NCBI RefSeq assembly: GCF_044704955.1
Contig: NC_091987.1
Coordinates: 68,324,001 to 68,388,000, forward strand
Source of the DNA: Pristiophorus japonicus
Lineage: Eukaryota
Length of the DNA stretch: 64,000 bases
Reading direction: 5' to 3'
In this document: piece after piece, positions 62,131 to 64,000 of the stretch
How the letters are laid out: the number at the start of each line of letters is the position of its first letter
Numbering within the stretch: position 1 is the first letter of the stretch
Notes under the pieces: generated by a model
Database searches by the model: none
What the model was told of the DNA's origin: nothing
What the model saw: the letters and a program-made list of their open reading frames with translations, nothing else
Translations under genes and position numbers: made by a program

Positions 62131-63489
62131 TAAAATCCAGAATTATCCTAAAATGCACCCATTCCAGCATCCAACTAGTTCTTAAATGATGGAATTTTTG
62201 CCTCCACTACTCTATCCAGGAGTCCATTCCATGTGTTGATCACTTTCTCTCTGAAGAACTTCGTAATATCAGTCCTAAATTTAACATTAACTAGTTGCTG
62301 TTGTCCTTGTCCCACTTTCACAATTTAATTTACCATTTCTAATCTTATACGATTTGTAGTGTTATGTACATGGGGAGGGCCAACGCCAAACATGTGTACA
62401 TCAGGCAGGGTTTAAGGCTGCTGAGCAGAAGGAAGATCTAGGTGTTATGGAACATAAATCTCTGAAGGGCAGTAGATGGAGGTCATGTCTACATAAGTTG
62501 CACCATGACAGGAAGGGACAGACTTGATGACCAGCTGGTCTTTTCCAGTCCTTTGATTGTGTATGTCTGTACCTCTCAGGCTGACTTCCATTGAGACAGA
62601 AAAGCCATGTTTCTCCCATCTTTCTCATAATCAGACCTCCAAGCACAGGGATCAGCCTTGTGACTCGTTGAACTACCTCCATTGCTTGAATGTCTCCCCT
62701 ATTCCTCATTCATTAAAATTGGATGCATTACTGAAAGTGGGGTTTTACCAGAGCATTATACAGTTTGATCATGACTTCTTCTTTCTTGTATTCTACTGTG
62801 TTTGTGATTATAGTTCAATGTCCTGCTGACTTATTGATTACAGCTCTGTTTTGGTTGGAACTGTTAAGTGTCGAGTCTATTAAGGTTCCTAGGTCTTATC
62901 AACTTTGTCTGTTTATTGCTAGAAATTGCATTGAACTGCTCAGCAACCTCTTACTGGAGCTTGCTGAGGACAGTGCCCCAACACATCCAGAAACGGGACA
63001 CCTCCCTCCACACCTTCAGGGTTCTTTCTGAAAAAAGAGCTTTTTTTCCTCTCTTGCTGATTCCTGACTCATTTTACCTCAACTGTCAGCAAGACCACAT
63101 TAAATTGGAAAACGGGAAGTGCAAGTACAGCTTTAAGAAGCTTCTCCAGTGCTTTTCCTCCTCTGTACAGGAAGTTCCACCACCTAACCGCTCCGTTCCC
63201 AGCATGCAGCTTCAAAAAATGAATGATTTGGATGTGACAAAGTGTTATACAAATGGAAGTTCTTTCACCCTTATATTCTGAAGGACTGTAATATTGAATA
63301 TATGAGCTACCTTAATATTTAACGATAGATTAAAATGCAGAGCACGGTGCCTAATGTGAATGCTTAATAATGAATTGGAATATAGATTGTGTTATATAAT
63401 TTGAATACTGAACCAATATTCATGAATCTATTGTATAAACTGAACATTTAATGGTGAACTAGAATACAAAATGTGTTGTATAATCAAAG

Positions 63490-63903
63490 GCTGGGGTTAT
63501 TTTCTTTGGAACAGCGGAGGCTGAAGGGACCTGATTGAGGTGTATAAAATTATCAGGGGCCAAGATAGAGTGGACAGAAAGGACATACTTCCCTTAGCAG
63601 AGGGGTCAATAACCAGGGGGGGGGTCATAGATTTAACGTAATTGGTATGAGGTTTAGAGGGGATTTGAGCAGAAATTATTTCACCCAGAGGGTCTTGGGG
63701 GTCTGAAACTCTCTGCCTGAAAGGGTGGTAGAGGCAGAAACCCTCACCACATTTTAAAAGTACTTGGATATGCACTTGAAGTGCCATAACCTCAAGGCTT
63801 CGGACCAAGTGCTGGAAAATGGGATTAAGCTGGATAGCTCTATGTCAGCTGGCAGGGACACGATGGGCCAAATGGCCTCCTTCTGTGCTGTAAATTTCTA
63901 TGA
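63490..63903 (+). mobile_element. CR1 3' end
   Basis: LEQRRLKGDLIEVYKI; tail GGCCTCCTTCTGTGCTGTAAATTTCTATG. Confidence 0.85.
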
Positions 63904-64000
63904 TACAGATTTGGAAATTGGAAACTGAATGTTTCCCATTTAGGAGGAGGAAGATCTTGATGTGTGGCTTGTAACTTCAACATTGAAAAATTGGCTAATC

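Noticed and set aside
48641-64000. Eighth Ig exon or transmembrane exon
   Set aside because: No plus-strand ORF with a V-set C/W/DxGxYxC pattern or TM segment; presumably beyond the window.

Overview
Vertebrate genomic DNA, most likely a cartilaginous fish (shark-type CR1 LINE tails, Deu-type SINEs, Penelope-associated hairpins). The one host gene is an EWI-family immunoglobulin gene (IGSF3/CD101-like) on the + strand. Seven symmetric phase-1 V-set exons lie between 28970 and 48640; I did not find the signal-peptide, 8th Ig or TM exons. The rest is a layered transposon landscape. (1) Harbinger element 1 (about 2.1-10.4 kb; HARBI1-like transposase convergent with a Myb/SANT gene) is split by a near-intact CR1 and carries a second CR1. 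(2) Harbinger element 2 is complete (11953-24904, TIRs, ATA TSD); its Myb intron holds a full Mag-like Gypsy, which holds a second full Mag-like Gypsy inserted at the integrase active site. (3) A third Harbinger remnant lies at 25.2-28.4 kb. (4) At 57-62 kb an unclassified tRNA-Trp-primed LTR element with a triplicated PBS-like array has been hit by a solo LTR and a third Mag-like Gypsy. Also notable: a CTCF-like motif plus hairpin conserved in the Mag-like LTRs, a TG...TA LTR terminus, a minimal hammerhead ribozyme core, and homogenised cores of Ig exons 6 and 7. All family assignments come from motif recognition by eye; no searches were run.
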